Of a stretch of 64,000 bases of DNA, positions 14,439 to 30,886 are shown in pieces. This stretch comes from Octopus vulgaris (lineage: Eukaryota). Positions within the stretch are counted from its first letter, which is position 1; each line of letters starts with the position of its first letter. Below the pieces are notes generated by a model, which saw nothing but the letters and a program-made list of their open reading frames with translations, searched no databases and was not told where the DNA came from. The position numbers and the translations under genes were made by a program. The stretch spans positions 117,118,001 to 117,182,000 of the forward strand of contig OX597814.1 in assembly GCA_951406725.2 (NCBI GenBank). The letters run 5' to 3'.

Positions 14439-14930
14439 CATACATGTAAGCATGCATGCATTTATGCAGATTGAAGCACCAGAGGAGAAAACTTCCTAGG
14501 CAAAGTATGATGATTTGATGACATGTCGACAAATCTATGTAAGAGAATTTGTAGAGGTTTTATTTTAAACAAAGAATTGTATTTATTGTATTAACATTAA
14601 AACGTTTACCAATCGTAAATCCATTAAGACATTTCAGACATTACATTAAACATTGTTAAGGAGGAATAGCAGAAAATTTGAGTTGAAATGCAACGTAAAT
14701 GTTTATAATTTAACATACTATATAAGGATTTCTTACTTTAGTTAATGTAAGGTAATAGATAAAAGGCTTAAAGTTTGAAACTATTCACATGTGTTAGTCC
14801 TATTTTTATGCTTTTATGAGTTAAAATGTGACAACCCTCTGATCCAACATACATGGATACGTTCATATATAAGTACACGCTTACACACACACACACGCAC
14901 AAACACACACACACACACACATACATATAG

Positions 14931-14977
<47 letters not shown>

Positions 14978-15268
14978 TATATTTATATTTATATATATGG
15001 CCACTTCAAAGTATGGAGACGAGGAAATAGTATTGATTCAACCGCTTCATACTTTGAAATGGTTAAACATGAATTGCTATTGGAACTTACTTACCATGTA
15101 CAGGAAACTTCTTTTTTATCACTACTATACACCATTTTCCTCGAATAATGGAACTGCAACTACAATATCTTTATATATCTTATTTCTACTTTCATTCTCT
15201 TATTTACCTCTATATTCCTTATCTCCTCCTTTTCCACAATAATTCTATTTCAAATATTTTCTCACACT

Positions 15269-15316
15269 GTCTCTGATGAAGGGATATCCATAGTATCCCA
15301 GAAAGAGCTGTAAGAC
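15269..15316 (+). ncRNA. Hammerhead motif in PLE 3' end fragment (~15000-15375)
   Basis: gtct-CTGATGA-A-GGGATA tccatag TATCCC-A-GAAA-GAGCTG-TA-agac (stem III first pair mismatched). Confidence 0.7.
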
Positions 15317-15427
15317 TATTTCATTATAAATGTCCTGAAAACTCCTCTCAGCCTTGGTTTTATCTCATTGTGTCTAATATATATGTATATGTATGTGTGT
15401 GTTTGTGCGTGTGTGAGCGTGCGTGTG

Positions 15428-15471
<44 letters not shown>

Positions 15472-15492
15472 TGTGTGTGCGTGTGTGTGTGT

Positions 15493-15718
15493 GGAGGCAC
15501 ATGGCATAATGGTGAGAGCAGCTGATTTGCGGTTCCTGCAGAAGGTAATGGCGAACTTCTGCTGACTCTTTCGATAGAACTTTCTCTCACTCTTCCCCCC
15601 TGCATTTTGCAGCTCACCTGCGGCAGACCGCCATCCCGTGGAGTTGGGGAACCTGTACGCCAAGGAAACCGGGAAACCGGCCAAGCGTGGCTCGATAAGT
15701 AACAAACAGCAACAGCTT
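15493..15718 (+). mobile_element. tRNA-derived SINE family C-related, internally deleted
   Basis: Head GGAGGCACATGGCATAATGG; tail ...GGGGAACC..TACGCCA.GGAAACCGGG similar to 34398-34634. Confidence 0.6.
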
Positions 15719-15725
15719 ATACATG

Positions 15726-15805
<80 letters not shown>

Positions 15806-16056
15806 TACAGAGATATATTTTAATAATTCGCTGAGGCATAGCGAAATAACTTTCCCAAATAAAGTCCACTTCATATTCAAGTCTCTAATGACGCTATAGG
15901 ATGGTATCCTGGTACTTAACTAAGATTCCACCACATCCTATAGCAAAAAGAGCTGTAAACGAATAAAGAACATTAGAGAATATTTGCCGTTTCTGATGTC
16001 CTCTTATTGTTTCTACACACATATACATTCACACATGCATATGTATATATATATGT

Positions 16057-16125
<69 letters not shown>

Positions 16126-16346
16126 ATCACACACACACACTGATTCCTATTTCTAGAAATACCGGAGGCGAATTGTGTCTTTTGTCACTTTAGTGACGTC
16201 TATGTATCTGCCTGCCGGCTGTAAAAGTGCGAAAAAGGTAGCATTTATTATTATCATCATCACTATTATTATTATTCTTATTATTATTATTATTATTATT
16301 GTTATGATTATTATTATTATTATTATTGTTGTTGTTGTTGTTGTAG

Positions 16347-16384
<38 letters not shown>

Positions 16385-16405
16385 ATTATTTATTATTATT
16401 ATTAC

Positions 16406-16441
<36 letters not shown>

Positions 16442-16563
16442 CATATATGTGTGTGCGTATAGGCAAGACGTTGAAACTTTGTGTGTCCCATGACACTATA
16501 TAGACCCTATGTAATACGTGTGTGAAGTAAACACACAATCAGACACACATCCTGTGTTATATA

Positions 16564-16614
<51 letters not shown>

Positions 16615-16689
16615 GTGTGTGTGAGTATGTGTGTATGTGCGTGTGTGTGTCTGTGTCTGTGAGAAGTTATGTGTGCGTGTGTGTGTTTC

Positions 16690-16965
16690 ATGTTCTAATG
16701 CTTAAAGGCTGTGTTTCGAGCCATGATTGGACACCGCCTTTCAGTGTGAATGGGTATCGTTTCTGTATTATTTCTTGTGAATTAGCGAGTTGCACGGAGC
16801 TACAATTCTGTTGTGTCATCTGCCGCAATGAGCTCTCATCTGGTATCTCAGATAAAACATTTTTCAGATGTTCTTTGTAGATCTCCACAACTTCATCTTC
16901 CATATCTACGATTGGCAGGATGCCGAATAGTTGTGGACCCATAAATCCCAAGCTATCCCACTACT
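16690..16965 (-). pseudogene. CR1/L2-like LINE 3' end fragment
   Basis: GPQLFGILP...LSEIPDE C-terminal motif. Confidence 0.55.
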
Positions 16966-17236
16966 GCGTCTTTATATATATATATATATAAAGTTGAATA
17001 GAGGAAGTATTAACGTCTTAAAGGGATGATTATATCCAAGAAAACAATGGTTCTATACGTAATATTGATCGGAAATAAATTTTTTGTAAATCAATATGTA
17101 TATATTATGTATATAATTAGTATTCAATTAACAGAAGACAAGAAAGTTTTAATTTACTTAATGAGAACAATTGAGACAGATGTGGGAAGTTTGGTATATC
17201 ACTTTATTAATAAATAATCATGAACTTTACACGCAC

Positions 17237-17278
<42 letters not shown>

Positions 17279-17379
17279 AGTAGAATAAATAGTAAGTCCC
17301 TGGTACAGTATTTGAGAAAAATGGATACAAAAAGTCATTTCTATTAATTTATTTCGGTATTATGAGTGGGTTTTGAAAC

Positions 17380-18065
17380 AGCTGTTTGACCATTGAGTGT
17401 CATATACGTTTGGTTTACAAAGCCATTTGATAAGGTAGATCATGGCATAATACATTGTAAGCTGCGAGACCTCGGTATTTCTTGTAAACTGGGAGCGTGG
17501 ATATATGACTCCCTTAAAAACAGAAGTCATGTAGTTGCAGCCAATGATACCCTTTCTGAGGAAGCTCAAATCCTAAGGAGCACTGTTCTAGGATTATTAC
17601 TTGTCATAATACCCCTTTTAGATATGGTCATGGTAACTCAGACAGCCACTATCACTAGCTACCCCGATGATACAAAATTATCACAGACAATATAAAGTCA
17701 ATGTGAAATTACAATCAAATAGCAATACCTGAATGTAATGTACAAGTGGGCCGAAGTTGACAACATGCTGTTTAACACTCTAAAATTTCAAGCAGTGCAT
17801 TATCAGCTCACGAATGCATTGCAACCTGCATATACAGAACCTGAAAGCCCTGTAATCCCAGAGTCACAGACAGTGAAAGGCTTGGGTGACAGTATGTGCA
17901 ATGATGCATCATTTCATATGCACATTACAAAAATGTCAGCAAAGTGTAGGCAACTTGCAGTATGGATACAAAGTCTTACTTTACAAGAAATCAAGAAGTT
18001 ATGTTTATCATGTGGAAGACATTTGTTCTTAGGCAGCTAGACTACTGCTCCCAGTTGTCGTTATC
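17380..18065 (+). pseudogene. CR1-like LINE RT remnant
   Basis: FTKPFDKVDHGI, STVLGLLL, SYPDDTKL, KWAEVDNMLFN. Confidence 0.85.
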
Positions 18066-18097
18066 ATATATTCTTTGTAGAACCTTTGTTAAACACG

Positions 18098-18202
18098 TCA
18101 ACAACGAATATCGCAATCCCACCTAGGAATCTCTACATGGAACTCTAACTACAGAAGATTAACGACTTCATCACTCAAATGAGGTGGAGAGCCCTTTACT
18201 AT
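18098..18202 (+). pseudogene. Fragment resembling a PLE ORF N-terminus
   Basis: STTNIAIPPRNLYMEL*LQKINDFITQMRWRALYY resembles the NIPIP...MRWKA N-terminal motif. Confidence 0.5.
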
Positions 18203-18608
18203 GCTGCGTTAAGGTCTGAAATGTAAAAAATTTTCTCTGAAAACGGAGGTACGTTTCAAACTATGTTAAATATTTCCATAACATCGCATTTTCTTATGGA
18301 TCAAATCTACAAATATAATTATGGATCACGGTGCACGCGAAAACAGACACTAGACTTGTAATACCATTCTTCCACCACTTTAACTTTCTATAATATTTGT
18401 ACGCTGTGTAAGATGGATCTTTTCAAAAGTATACAGATTTTGTATTTGATGTATTTAATATACTTCATATATTCATGTCTAGTTTGCTTATTCACACAAT
18501 AGCTTCTATATATGTGTATATGTATGTGTATATGTATGTGTATGTGTATATACATATACATACATTTATATATATATACATATACGCACTCACACACACA
18601 CACACACA

Positions 18609-18650
<42 letters not shown>

Positions 18651-19368
18651 CTATATATTAAGAGAGAAAAAGAGAAAGACAGAAGGTGTGAGAGAGGCAT
18701 ATCCAATACAAAGAAAAACAAGTGCAAACAACAAAATTTAAATACATGTAAACAGTTAATACATTATGTTGACTCTTAGAGAAAGTTTTAGATTAAAATA
18801 TCTGAGTAGCTATAGCGTTTCGAGGATTGCTCTTTGTCTGATAGGGGAACATGTCCAAAGAGGAGGAAAAAAACGTGAGGAGCCGATAGTACGGTGTAAA
18901 CTACCTGTGCCGTTTCATGAACAAAAAATAACTGACCAGACGTTGAAGAGAGAGGTGAAACATGTGGCTGTGCAGCAGTATGGTCACGCATCGCAAGCTA
19001 AATGTACGATCATAATATTTGCAGGAATAGTTTCTGAAAAATGATAAACTATTTTTTTAAAAATTCAAAAACTGGAACGGCATGGACGCTTGCAGTTAAA
19101 TTTTAGTCTTCAATTATACATACATACATAAATACATATATACATACATACAGACTTGTATGTGTGAAAGACAAAGAATGAGTGCCAGATTGACTTAGGC
19201 CTCTATCAAATATTCAGATAAGTGATTGAATTTTCATTAATATATAGAAAAGTTGTCATGTACTTATTTCATATGCTTCTTGCTAGAGTAAAAGTACCTG
19301 ATCATAGTTGTAGGTCTCCAGATGGGGAATAGAAAGCACAAACCCTCACACAAATTATCGCTCTCTCT

Positions 19369-19410
<42 letters not shown>

Positions 19411-19710
19411 AGAAACACACACAGAAACTGTCACTCATACGCATATTCTTATATTGATTGAAATGCAGCCATACAGGTACAGTGATAGCAGTATTTGCAA
19501 AATTTATAATCACGGGAGAAATAAATGTGCATGTAATTTTATATCTATCTATTTATCTATCTATCTAACTAACTTTGTATCTATCTATATCTTTCTCCCT
19601 CTCTCCTTTCTCTCTCCCTCTCTCTCTCTATATATATATATATACATATATATACATACATACATATGTATATATGTGTTTATATATGTATATATATACA
19701 TGCATATATG

Positions 19711-19760
<50 letters not shown>

Positions 19761-20032
19761 CATATATATGAGTGTATAAATATATATATAACGTATATTA
19801 TAAATATATATATATAATATTAGGGAGTATAACTCCCAGCTTACAGGGAAAATTAAATCCAATTTCACAATATGAATTTATAATATATATAAATTAGAGG
19901 AAAGACACTATTATGCAATTCAAACAATTATAGACATAAACCAAATCATAAATAAGAAATAAAATAAATTTTAGAACATAAGTAGATCACAAAAAGTACA
20001 AAAAGGAATAAACGATATATAATAAGTAAAAA

Positions 20033-20134
20033 GACTACATACGCTTCATGGCTATAATTTAAATTCGAATTAAAATTAAATTTGAATTAAATCGAAAAAC
20101 AGTTTAATTTAACACTATAGTCACTCCTCAGGTC
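20033..20134 (-). ncRNA. Degenerate hammerhead in PLE end (~19815-20140)
   Basis: gac-CTGAGGA-gtgactata...tatagccat-GAAGC-GTAT-GTA-gtc. Confidence 0.55.
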
Positions 20135-20153
20135 AAAAATAATACTAATAAAT

Positions 20154-20210
<57 letters not shown>

Positions 20211-20211
20211 T

Positions 20212-20345
20212 ATGCAAGGAAAATAAGACAAGGTAGAAAATGCTAAAATAGTTTTATCATGAAGGACATTTTAATACCGGTTTCAGTCATTGCGACTTTT
20301 TCAACTTAGAGCAAAATATGACAAACAATTAAATTCATTTCTGAA
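20212..20345 (-). mobile_element. PLE end related to the 45950-46390 arms, with U3-A8 hammerhead
   Basis: aag-TTGAAAA-AGTC gcaat GACT-GAAAC-CG-GTA at ~20274-20307; shared TAGAAAATGCTAA segment. Confidence 0.6.
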
Positions 20346-20518
20346 TAAACGTTTCACACAAGTTCTCATGACAACTTTCTTGCATATATAGGTCATATCC
20401 ATTTAAACAGTTGGTTGTATATAAGTAAGTCGTTTTAAATTATTGAATGATACTTTCTTTCTCCTGATTAAAATCGTGATTCATGATTTTAATTCAGTAT
20501 TTATCACAACTGCCCGAC

Positions 20519-20583
<65 letters not shown>

Positions 20584-21527
20584 TGCATATATATACATAT
20601 ATATATGTGTTTGTGTATGTGCGTGTGTGTGTTTGCGCGCGCGTGTGTGTATGGTAGTATTGAGATATGTATATATATAGATGGATACAGGCAAACATAT
20701 AGATAGATACGTGTGTACATCTCCTGAGGTTTAGAAAGAAAGATAGAAAGAAATATTTACTCAAATCGCTCCTCCCTGTCTTAGATCTTGATATATTACT
20801 GTGTTGGACAGCAGTTTATATTTCATGCATAAAGATGAAGATACTGACAGAATAGGCCAGAAAATATACCAGTGTATGTGTGTTTGTGTCAGTGTGTACG
20901 GATATATATATGTGTCTGTGGTGTATATATGTATTGTTTCTCTGTGTTTGTGCGTATGTGTATCTGTGTGTGTGAATGTGTGCGTGTTTTTGTTTATGCT
21001 ACCGGATCATCCTTCTAGGTGATTAATAAGTCATCTACTTGAATTGTCAGGGACCTAAGAGCCGAAGGACATCTTAATATTTGATTAAAAATAGATCACA
21101 TGAAGAAATTATATATTCAAAGATGGTGCTTTTAGTTATACTTTTTTAATCTCAGGCCTAAGCAGTCCCACACAAAATTCTACCTATGCATACATATACC
21201 TGATTACAAACATACGTACATAGGTAGAAGCAGATTGAAAAAGAAAGACACAGTCATACTCACACAAACACACACACACAGACACACATTCATTCATTGG
21301 TTTCAGTTAGTCCGCTGTTGCCAGGCTGAGTCATCATCGACATCTTTGATTATATCGATCGCGATTCATGAGTGGTACTTGATTGCCCTCTGTCTTTCTC
21401 TTTTCCAGTACATATGCATATGTGTATATATAATACACACACACGTACATAAATACATATATGTATATATATATAAATATACATATTTATGTATATATAT
21501 ATATATATAATATATATATATAATATA

Positions 21528-21565
<38 letters not shown>

Positions 21566-21566
21566 G

Positions 21567-21629
<63 letters not shown>

Positions 21630-21648
21630 TATATTAATATATATATAT

Positions 21649-21711
<63 letters not shown>

Positions 21712-22423
21712 GTAAATATGTGTGTGTGTGCAATCTTTCGTGAAGATAAGATTGACAAAAAGTACTCCATTTAGTGAGAGATAAATATTCTCTAATGAAC
21801 ACTATAAATATTATGAGCTTCTAATAGATTCATGTGCGATGCAAACGACACAGAGATCCTTTAATAACATGTCTGGTACCTTTAAGCAATCTACAATCTT
21901 TGCACATGACATATATAAGCTTAGAGATAAGAGAAAATTCAAGAAAAATGCGAGAACTTAGAAGTAAAACGTGGAAGGTTGAAAATTTGCCAACAGGAAT
22001 ATGTCAATATGCTTACATATCTGTAATTCAGTAATACGATGATCATCTTACATGAGGAAAGGATCTGTGATCTTTCAGCAATGGATTATTTCCAATATTT
22101 AAAATGTGGCATGTTTTATTTATCTATGTTTTTTTATGTTTCCTACTTGATAGCATGTGATATGGCGTTAGATTTCAAAACCCTATACGTGGCTAGCCAC
22201 TGTAGTGGTTTTTACTTTTATTCCTGTGCCGGAATGAGGATACCTAGTCAGCATAGCAATTTTTGAAGTCGCCCTCACAAATCACTGAGCAAATTTTATT
22301 TTCGGTCATGTTGTCATTTTGCCTTGTAAACTCTGCCTTATATATCATGGAAATAATTAGGCACCCCTGGTCGAAAGGATAAATTCTTCGGTCTTGACAT
22401 TTATCTCTCTCTCTCTCTCTCTC

Positions 22424-24221
<1,798 letters not shown>

Positions 24222-24222
24222 G

Positions 24223-24280
<58 letters not shown>

Positions 24281-24298
24281 CCTACCAATCTATCTATA

Positions 24299-24375
<77 letters not shown>

Positions 24376-24599
24376 GTATGTATGCATGTATGTATGTATG
24401 TATGAATGTATGTGTGTGTATGTATGTATGTGTGTGTGTGTGTGTATGTGTGTGAGTTTGTTAGGTGTGATTTTAAAGTGTACCCGATAGTGAGACCTTG
24501 GTTCCGGGTTTTTAGGAACTACTTCTCAGCCACTACTGTTCGCAGCTCTACTCTAACACGGAATAATGACACTAATCTAGGCCCCAGCTATGAGTAATA

Positions 24600-27495
24600 T
24601 AAAGGATATATGCACGTATGTATTAACTCATGAGAAATGTTTTCAAGATGTGAGCATCATTAGTACCGTACGATAGAAGATGCTGTTCGAGCTTACATCA
24701 CGTTTGCGATTGCTTTTATTTTACATCAAATCTTTTTAATGCGCTTCTGTGCCTAAGCTTGCGTATCTCTCAGAATTATCTAATTTTGGTGTCATTTAAT
24801 CCTTATTTTAACTTAATCCTCAGCAGTAAGTATTCTGCTACTGTTTAACATAGAGCTGTTTCGGAGTCTGATTGCATGTTTATCACAAAAGTCAACTCAA
24901 ATATCGAAATAATGATTGTTCCATGAAATTACTCTATTGAATCCACATTCAGTTATGTTGGGTAGCAAATAATAACGATCATTTGAACTTCTCTTCACAG
25001 TTTCAGATATTTATTTCGCAGCTGACAGTTGCTTTGTTCTCTTTCCTTTTAAATTGACTAAACCTAAAATCCGTCTCAAGCAGTTTTTTGGATTTCTGCT
25101 TCACCTCAGTTGAGAAACCTAACTCAAGATACTAATGTTTAACAGATCGTTAAATGTTTCGTATCTTTTTGCACCTTATGTAGAATCGATTGTTAATCAC
25201 CATCCTGTTTATGCCCATCTCCATGATTGAAATTGTAAAAATAAGTCCTATATTACATTGATAGACTGTGTATTTATTTTGATGTAAGGGCATCTGTAGC
25301 GTAAAGGTTTTTTTTGCTTTGTAATATCTTCCCGAACATTAATATTTCTATTCCTATTAATTACTCACAGCTATGTTACTACATTATTCACACTGTAGCC
25401 AAATTAATTCCATTAGAAAATGGACAACAAAATTGAAGTGGAATGCTGTTACCCACAACTGCAAGATTTACTGACCAATATCCTAAAAAATAATGAATGC
25501 GTAGCATTGCCAGATCCTTTACTTCAAGAGTTCTTATGAGTTATTTCCAATATCTGGTTTTATTATCATTTCACTCATTAAACTTCCACCACATTTTACA
25601 GAATTCGTCACGGTGATCTTTGTATTCTACACACATGATAAATTTCTTAACGAAACTTCCACTGTTTATGTGCTGCACAGTTTCATCCGCAACGATGAAG
25701 TGGCGAACACCTACAATTAATCCAGACAACGCAAAATCAAAATATTCCCTAGCCTCATGTGTTATTTGATTTATCTGAAATACTCTTAGCCGAGTCTTAC
25801 ACCTCCCTCTCGCTCTTTCTTTCTCTGATTAAAATTAGGATTTAAAAATGCTGTTGTTAATGGAGTTCAGTCGGAAGCTTCCTTGACACAGACACCATGT
25901 AAATTTGACAGAAAGAACATTAATACTCTGGTGAACCGCATAGTGTAATAATTTTCAGACAGTCGAAGTTCGTGACATTAATTACCCATAATATAACCTT
26001 TTAACAACTCTGATCAAATGCAAATTGTAATTGGCTCCCCCTTTCTTCACCGACAAACAAGTATCAACCATAAACAAACTAAACACCTCAGGCCAGAAAA
26101 ATGTATTCATATAAAAATATGTGCGCTTGGGAACATTATTCTTTATTGTCAATGCAAAATTTTCTGTTATAAAAGAACAAAGGCTTATGCAACCCATGAA
26201 CAAGGGAGAATATTTAACTTTCCTTCTCGGACAGGCAAATATTCATGGAAATTCATAAAAAGTAATACAATTGCAATGGTTTAAAATCGTTGATTTCTGA
26301 TGAGATTCGCGAAATATATGTTCCTAAATCTGCGTTACAATAACTTTCAGATAATGTTTTGTTAATCTTGTACAAAGCTGATGCGAGGCTTATATTTGAA
26401 AACTGATGATATCTCTGGGATCTCCCTTGATAGCATACAGTCATCGCAGACTATATGAGAAAGAGTATATCACTGATACTGAAATTCAAACCTCATAACA
26501 CATCAGTAATTGAATCCTTATGGTATTTCATGTCTCCAGAATATCTGGATATTCTGGATATTTACTTCTACAGTTCACTGGTTACGCTTATGAAATTTCA
26601 CTTCCCAGATCCTTTTCTAAACATATGAGTAAATCCTTCCACCTTTGAACTATGGTTTTATGGGATTCCTGTTGTACCAAATCAATATTAAGACAAATAT
26701 TCAATGCTTCAATCTTACCAGAATATAAAAGTATACACACGTCTCGGATTCTGTAATAATATGAAGTAATCCCTTGACTATCGTGGGTGTTACGTTCCAA
26801 CTCCCACTGCGAAAGGTGAAAATCTGCGAAGTAGAAACGGTACTGTACTGTATATATATTTTTTTATTTTTATAATTTGTATATATTTATTTTATTACAA
26901 ATGCAAAACAACACTACAGTGGAATCGACGTAAGCTTAAATAATAAACCGTGATAGGTGAACTGGGATATGGCGAGGGATTACTGTATGACAGAAATGCT
27001 ACCATAGGGAAAACATCACAATAAAAATTAGTACGGATGGTTTATTATTATACGGTGGTTACAACCAAACATTTCAATGGTTTAGAAAAACATTATTCCT
27101 CTAATTCTCATAAATGTTCTTCTTCCTACATATATGAGCAGCATCGCTGTTTCATTAAACAACTTTAACATTCTTTCGTCTTCGTAACACATTGCATCAA
27201 ACATAAGTGGTGTTTTAAGAGAGACATAACAGGATTTAGGGTTAAATTAATAGAACATGTTTGTCTTTTAGAGCATGCCCTAAAAAAATACTGAACTCAT
27301 CGGATAGGCATGTATTTTTTAACTCTTTATGTTGTAAACATATCTTGTTTATTTGAGATAAGCATGTTTCTAGGATCCGTATCACTTTCTGGAATAATGT
27401 CATAGCTTGTAATATTTAAGGAAGACAACTTCAGTATCTCTAGCGTCGCCGTGAGCACTGCATCATTTGCACAATGTGGAAAATATACCACCAGT
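24600..27495 (-). pseudogene. Endogenous negative-strand RNA virus L polymerase fossil, blocks III-V
   Basis: Colinear degenerate motifs: NET..LLIYVG..RG (~27150), VL*GLNF (26484-26498), REIPE (26413-26427), SMNI (26238-26249), WPEVFSLF..T.L.V..G (26078-26095), RG (~25808), SGNATH (25497-25514), TDAL...VYQ (~25260). Confidence 0.65.
26764..26985. mobile_element. Tc1/mariner-pogo (Tigger-like) MITE
   Basis: Imperfect TIRs AGTAATCCCT... / ...AGGGATTACTG followed by TA. Confidence 0.7.
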
Positions 27496-28763
27496 GTTGG
27501 AAAACATCCTTAATTTTGGATTCAGAATGCATCCGGAGCTGAGGACTCCTGCTATACGCCCCATAACCAATTCGGGATTACAACACATACAGTCACTAAA
27601 ACACATTTTCTTTTTCTCAACAGACTCTACTCTACTTAACATTGACCCAAAACAAATCGAAGAACAAGATCCCACCATCTACATAAAAAATCTGGACAAC
27701 ATTCTTCAAGGTATAACAGTTAAGCCACCTATAGCTGGAGGCATCTCAATCAGCAACAACTCTCTACATGAATGGGCCACGATACTACAAAACATAACTT
27801 AAAAGTGACTCAACAGATTCTATCAGGTGGTGCTATTAAGTCAGGCATCGACTGGACCAGTGCTAGGTCGAAATGTATCTACGTTATATTATGACATGTT
27901 TCTTATATTTGCACAAAATCCCATCGATATTTTGTAGTTTTGAAAGGAGCAAAGTAAATTGAATTTACATACTTGAGTGATACATGCTTTACATAACCTG
28001 GAGGCATATAAATGCATAACGTGTACAATTAAATATGAAAGCAGATGGAGAAGGAACTTTCCTTTATCGGACTAACTTCCAGATATAGTTAATCAAATTT
28101 TGCTCAACTCACAGCTTGTCATCTTTAAAAAAACACAGGACGCATTAGATACATCGCTTTAAAAAACAAGCGGATTTTTTTTCCTGATTGCAACAACTTA
28201 GATTTAGATTGACAGCTAAACAATAACAACGGAAACATATGCCAGCCAGCGAACAACTGTGTGGTCAATAACTAGGTTGCCAGATTTCGTTAAATTTGCT
28301 CACTGCCGTCTCAAGATGGGAAATATACATTCGATAATTAAATCTCAGACACTTTATCTCTTAAAAGGAATTACTGGATAGTGAAGGTTCTGGTTCGGAA
28401 AATGACAGTATATTATGCTGAATGACAGCGACAAATGAAACTAAAATATCGACGAATCGTTATTACAAGTTGCCATTTTAAAACTAAATACTGCAGAGAG
28501 CGCGAAAATTGTTCTTTCTTTCTTAATACAATGTGTCGTCACTTGGGATTTTAACAGATATTCTGAAAGAGTTTAATAAAGTTTTGGTTTCATCGGAATC
28601 GTGATATGCGTGACAAAATAAATGTTATAGATGCTAAATTATTGCAATAGTTCCGTATTTAAAACAAGAACGTGATTCTAAGAGATATCCATTGTTTTAC
28701 TTTCAATGATTATCCGCTGAACAAAGAAATATTTATATGCTGCAACAATACGAGAGACAACTG

Positions 28764-28778
28764 TTACTACTACTACTG

Positions 28779-28833
<55 letters not shown>

Positions 28834-28934
28834 AACAACTACTGCTGCTGCTGCTGCTGCTACTACCACTACTACTACTACTACTACTACTGCTGCTGCT
28901 GCTACTACTACTACTACTACTACTACTGTTACTG
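28764..28934. repeat. (TAC)n/(TGC)n microsatellite
   Basis: Direct reading. Confidence 0.95.
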
Positions 28935-29219
28935 CATTCAGAATAGATGCAATTACTGCCTGAAACATATAGGATTGATTCAACGTGTATAGTTGCAATT
29001 TAAAAATAAATTACCATATAATCTAATTCAACTCACATATACTTTAGACTTAATTACATTTCTGTATTTAAATATTATGAATTACAACTTGTATATACGT
29101 GTGTATATGTGTAGGGTGTTTAAATTTGACAATCTGTATAAAAAGACAAGAACACAATATCTCTTAACAATTATTTTAAAAATTAAAAATATCAACTGAA
29201 TTTTGTCTGAGAGATAACA

Positions 29220-29860
29220 GTTTACTCAGAGTAGTGGCCTTCAGCTTCCATCACGGCCTCAAGACCGCTTCGGAACTAGCAGCATATATTCTTCATTGTG
29301 TCCCTGAGAAGATACTCGTACACGTTTTTTATCTTCGCACAAAAATGACCATAGTGTTGCAGACAAAGCGGTTGTGTTTTCTCAACCGTGCCCCCAACAT
29401 CGGAATCAGAAGGCCAGAAGTTGGGATTGAAGACGCAGAAATTATTTGGGACAGAGGGACAAAGGTATGTACCATCACAGAGGTGGACCGCCATACAGAT
29501 AAAAATATCTCTTTATCAAAGAAAATCAAAGAAAAATAGGATATCTATAGACAGATGCTTCGAAACCTCCCGCTTCAATATCCAAACTATGAATTCATAT
29601 TCATACCAATAATAATTGGAGCACTAAATGCTTAAAGGATAATCTGGATAAACTGGGATTTTCAAAAGGAAAACAGATAGGTTAATTCGTACATTACAAG
29701 TCCAATCTGTGAGTGGAACAGTGAAAATATGCAAGACTTTTCTCAAGTTCCAAATGTGAATTTTTCTGTGTTAACTACTCCCCAAATATGGAGCCTTGTA
29801 TCTTTGTTGGAAACCGGCTCCCCCCTTAGTGGACGATTTATATTAATTAAAAAGTGAAGA
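29220..29860 (+). pseudogene. RLE-type non-LTR retrotransposon 3' remnant
   Basis: RRPEV..IIWD..CTITEV and IPIIIGAL resemble the restriction-like endonuclease C-terminus. Confidence 0.5.
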
Positions 29861-29912
29861 GACATACATATCTACATACATACAGACAGACACACACACA
29901 CATATATATATA

Positions 29913-30318
29913 GGCGTAGGAGGGGTTGTGTGGTAAGTAGCTTGCTTAAGAACCACACGGTTCCGGGTTCAGTCCAACTGCATGGCACATTAGAGAAATG
30001 TCTTCTGTTTGAGCCTCGGGTTGACCAAAGCCTTGTGAGTGGATTTGGTAGACGGAGACTGAAAGAAGCCCATCATATATATGTATATATATATGTATAT
30101 GTGTGTATATGTTTGTGTGTCTGTGTTTGCCCCTCCCCCAATCTCTTGACAACCGATGCTGGTGTTTACGTGGCCGTAACTTAGCGGTTCGGCAAAAAGA
30201 CCGATAGAATGAGAACTAGGCTTACAAGGAATGAGTCCTGGGGTCGATTTGCTCGGCTAAAGCGGTGCTCCAGCATGGCCTCAGTCACATGACTGAAACA
30301 AGGAAAAGAGTAAAAGAT
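29913..30318 (+). mobile_element. Full-length tRNA-derived SINE family A
   Basis: A box TGTGTGG, B box GGTTCAGTCC, core, internal microsatellite, 3' tail GACTGAAAC-AAAAGA. Confidence 0.85.
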
Positions 30319-30574
30319 ATATATATATATATATACACATAAATGAGTTTGGGGCGGAACTGACTTTAGCCATGACACGGACATGAGTGCGTCACCGCGA
30401 AAAGACATTCAATTAAGTTTTATTTTACAATCATTTATTGGGCACTACAACCCATTCGAGGTAAGAGTTATTGTGCGCAGAGGTGTAGCCGGGTGTCAGA
30501 AGTTAATTTGATGTTCGTTGAATATATTCTTCCAGGATCCGTTCGAACGTTATGAGATCGTTTTTGTCTCCAAC

Positions 30575-30886
30575 TGTTACTTAATTTATCGACCCCCGAA
30601 AGAATGAAAGGCAAATTCGACCTCTGTAGAATTTTAACTCAGAACCTAGACGAAATACCTATTTCTTTACTTCCCACAAGGTGCTAAACACAGAGAAGGC
30701 AGACAAGGACAGACCAACTGATTAAGTCGATTATATCAACCCCAGTGCGTAACTGGTACTTATTTAATCGACCCCGATGAAAGGCAAAGTCGACCTCGGC
30801 GGAATTTGAACTCAGAACGTAGCGGAAGACGAAATACCGCTAAGCATTTCGCCCGGCGTGCTAACGTTTCTGCCAGCTCACCGTCT
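30575..30886 (-). mobile_element. SINE family B full copy (30662-30886) plus adjacent partial copy
   Basis: Near-identical to 11951-12191. Confidence 0.85.
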
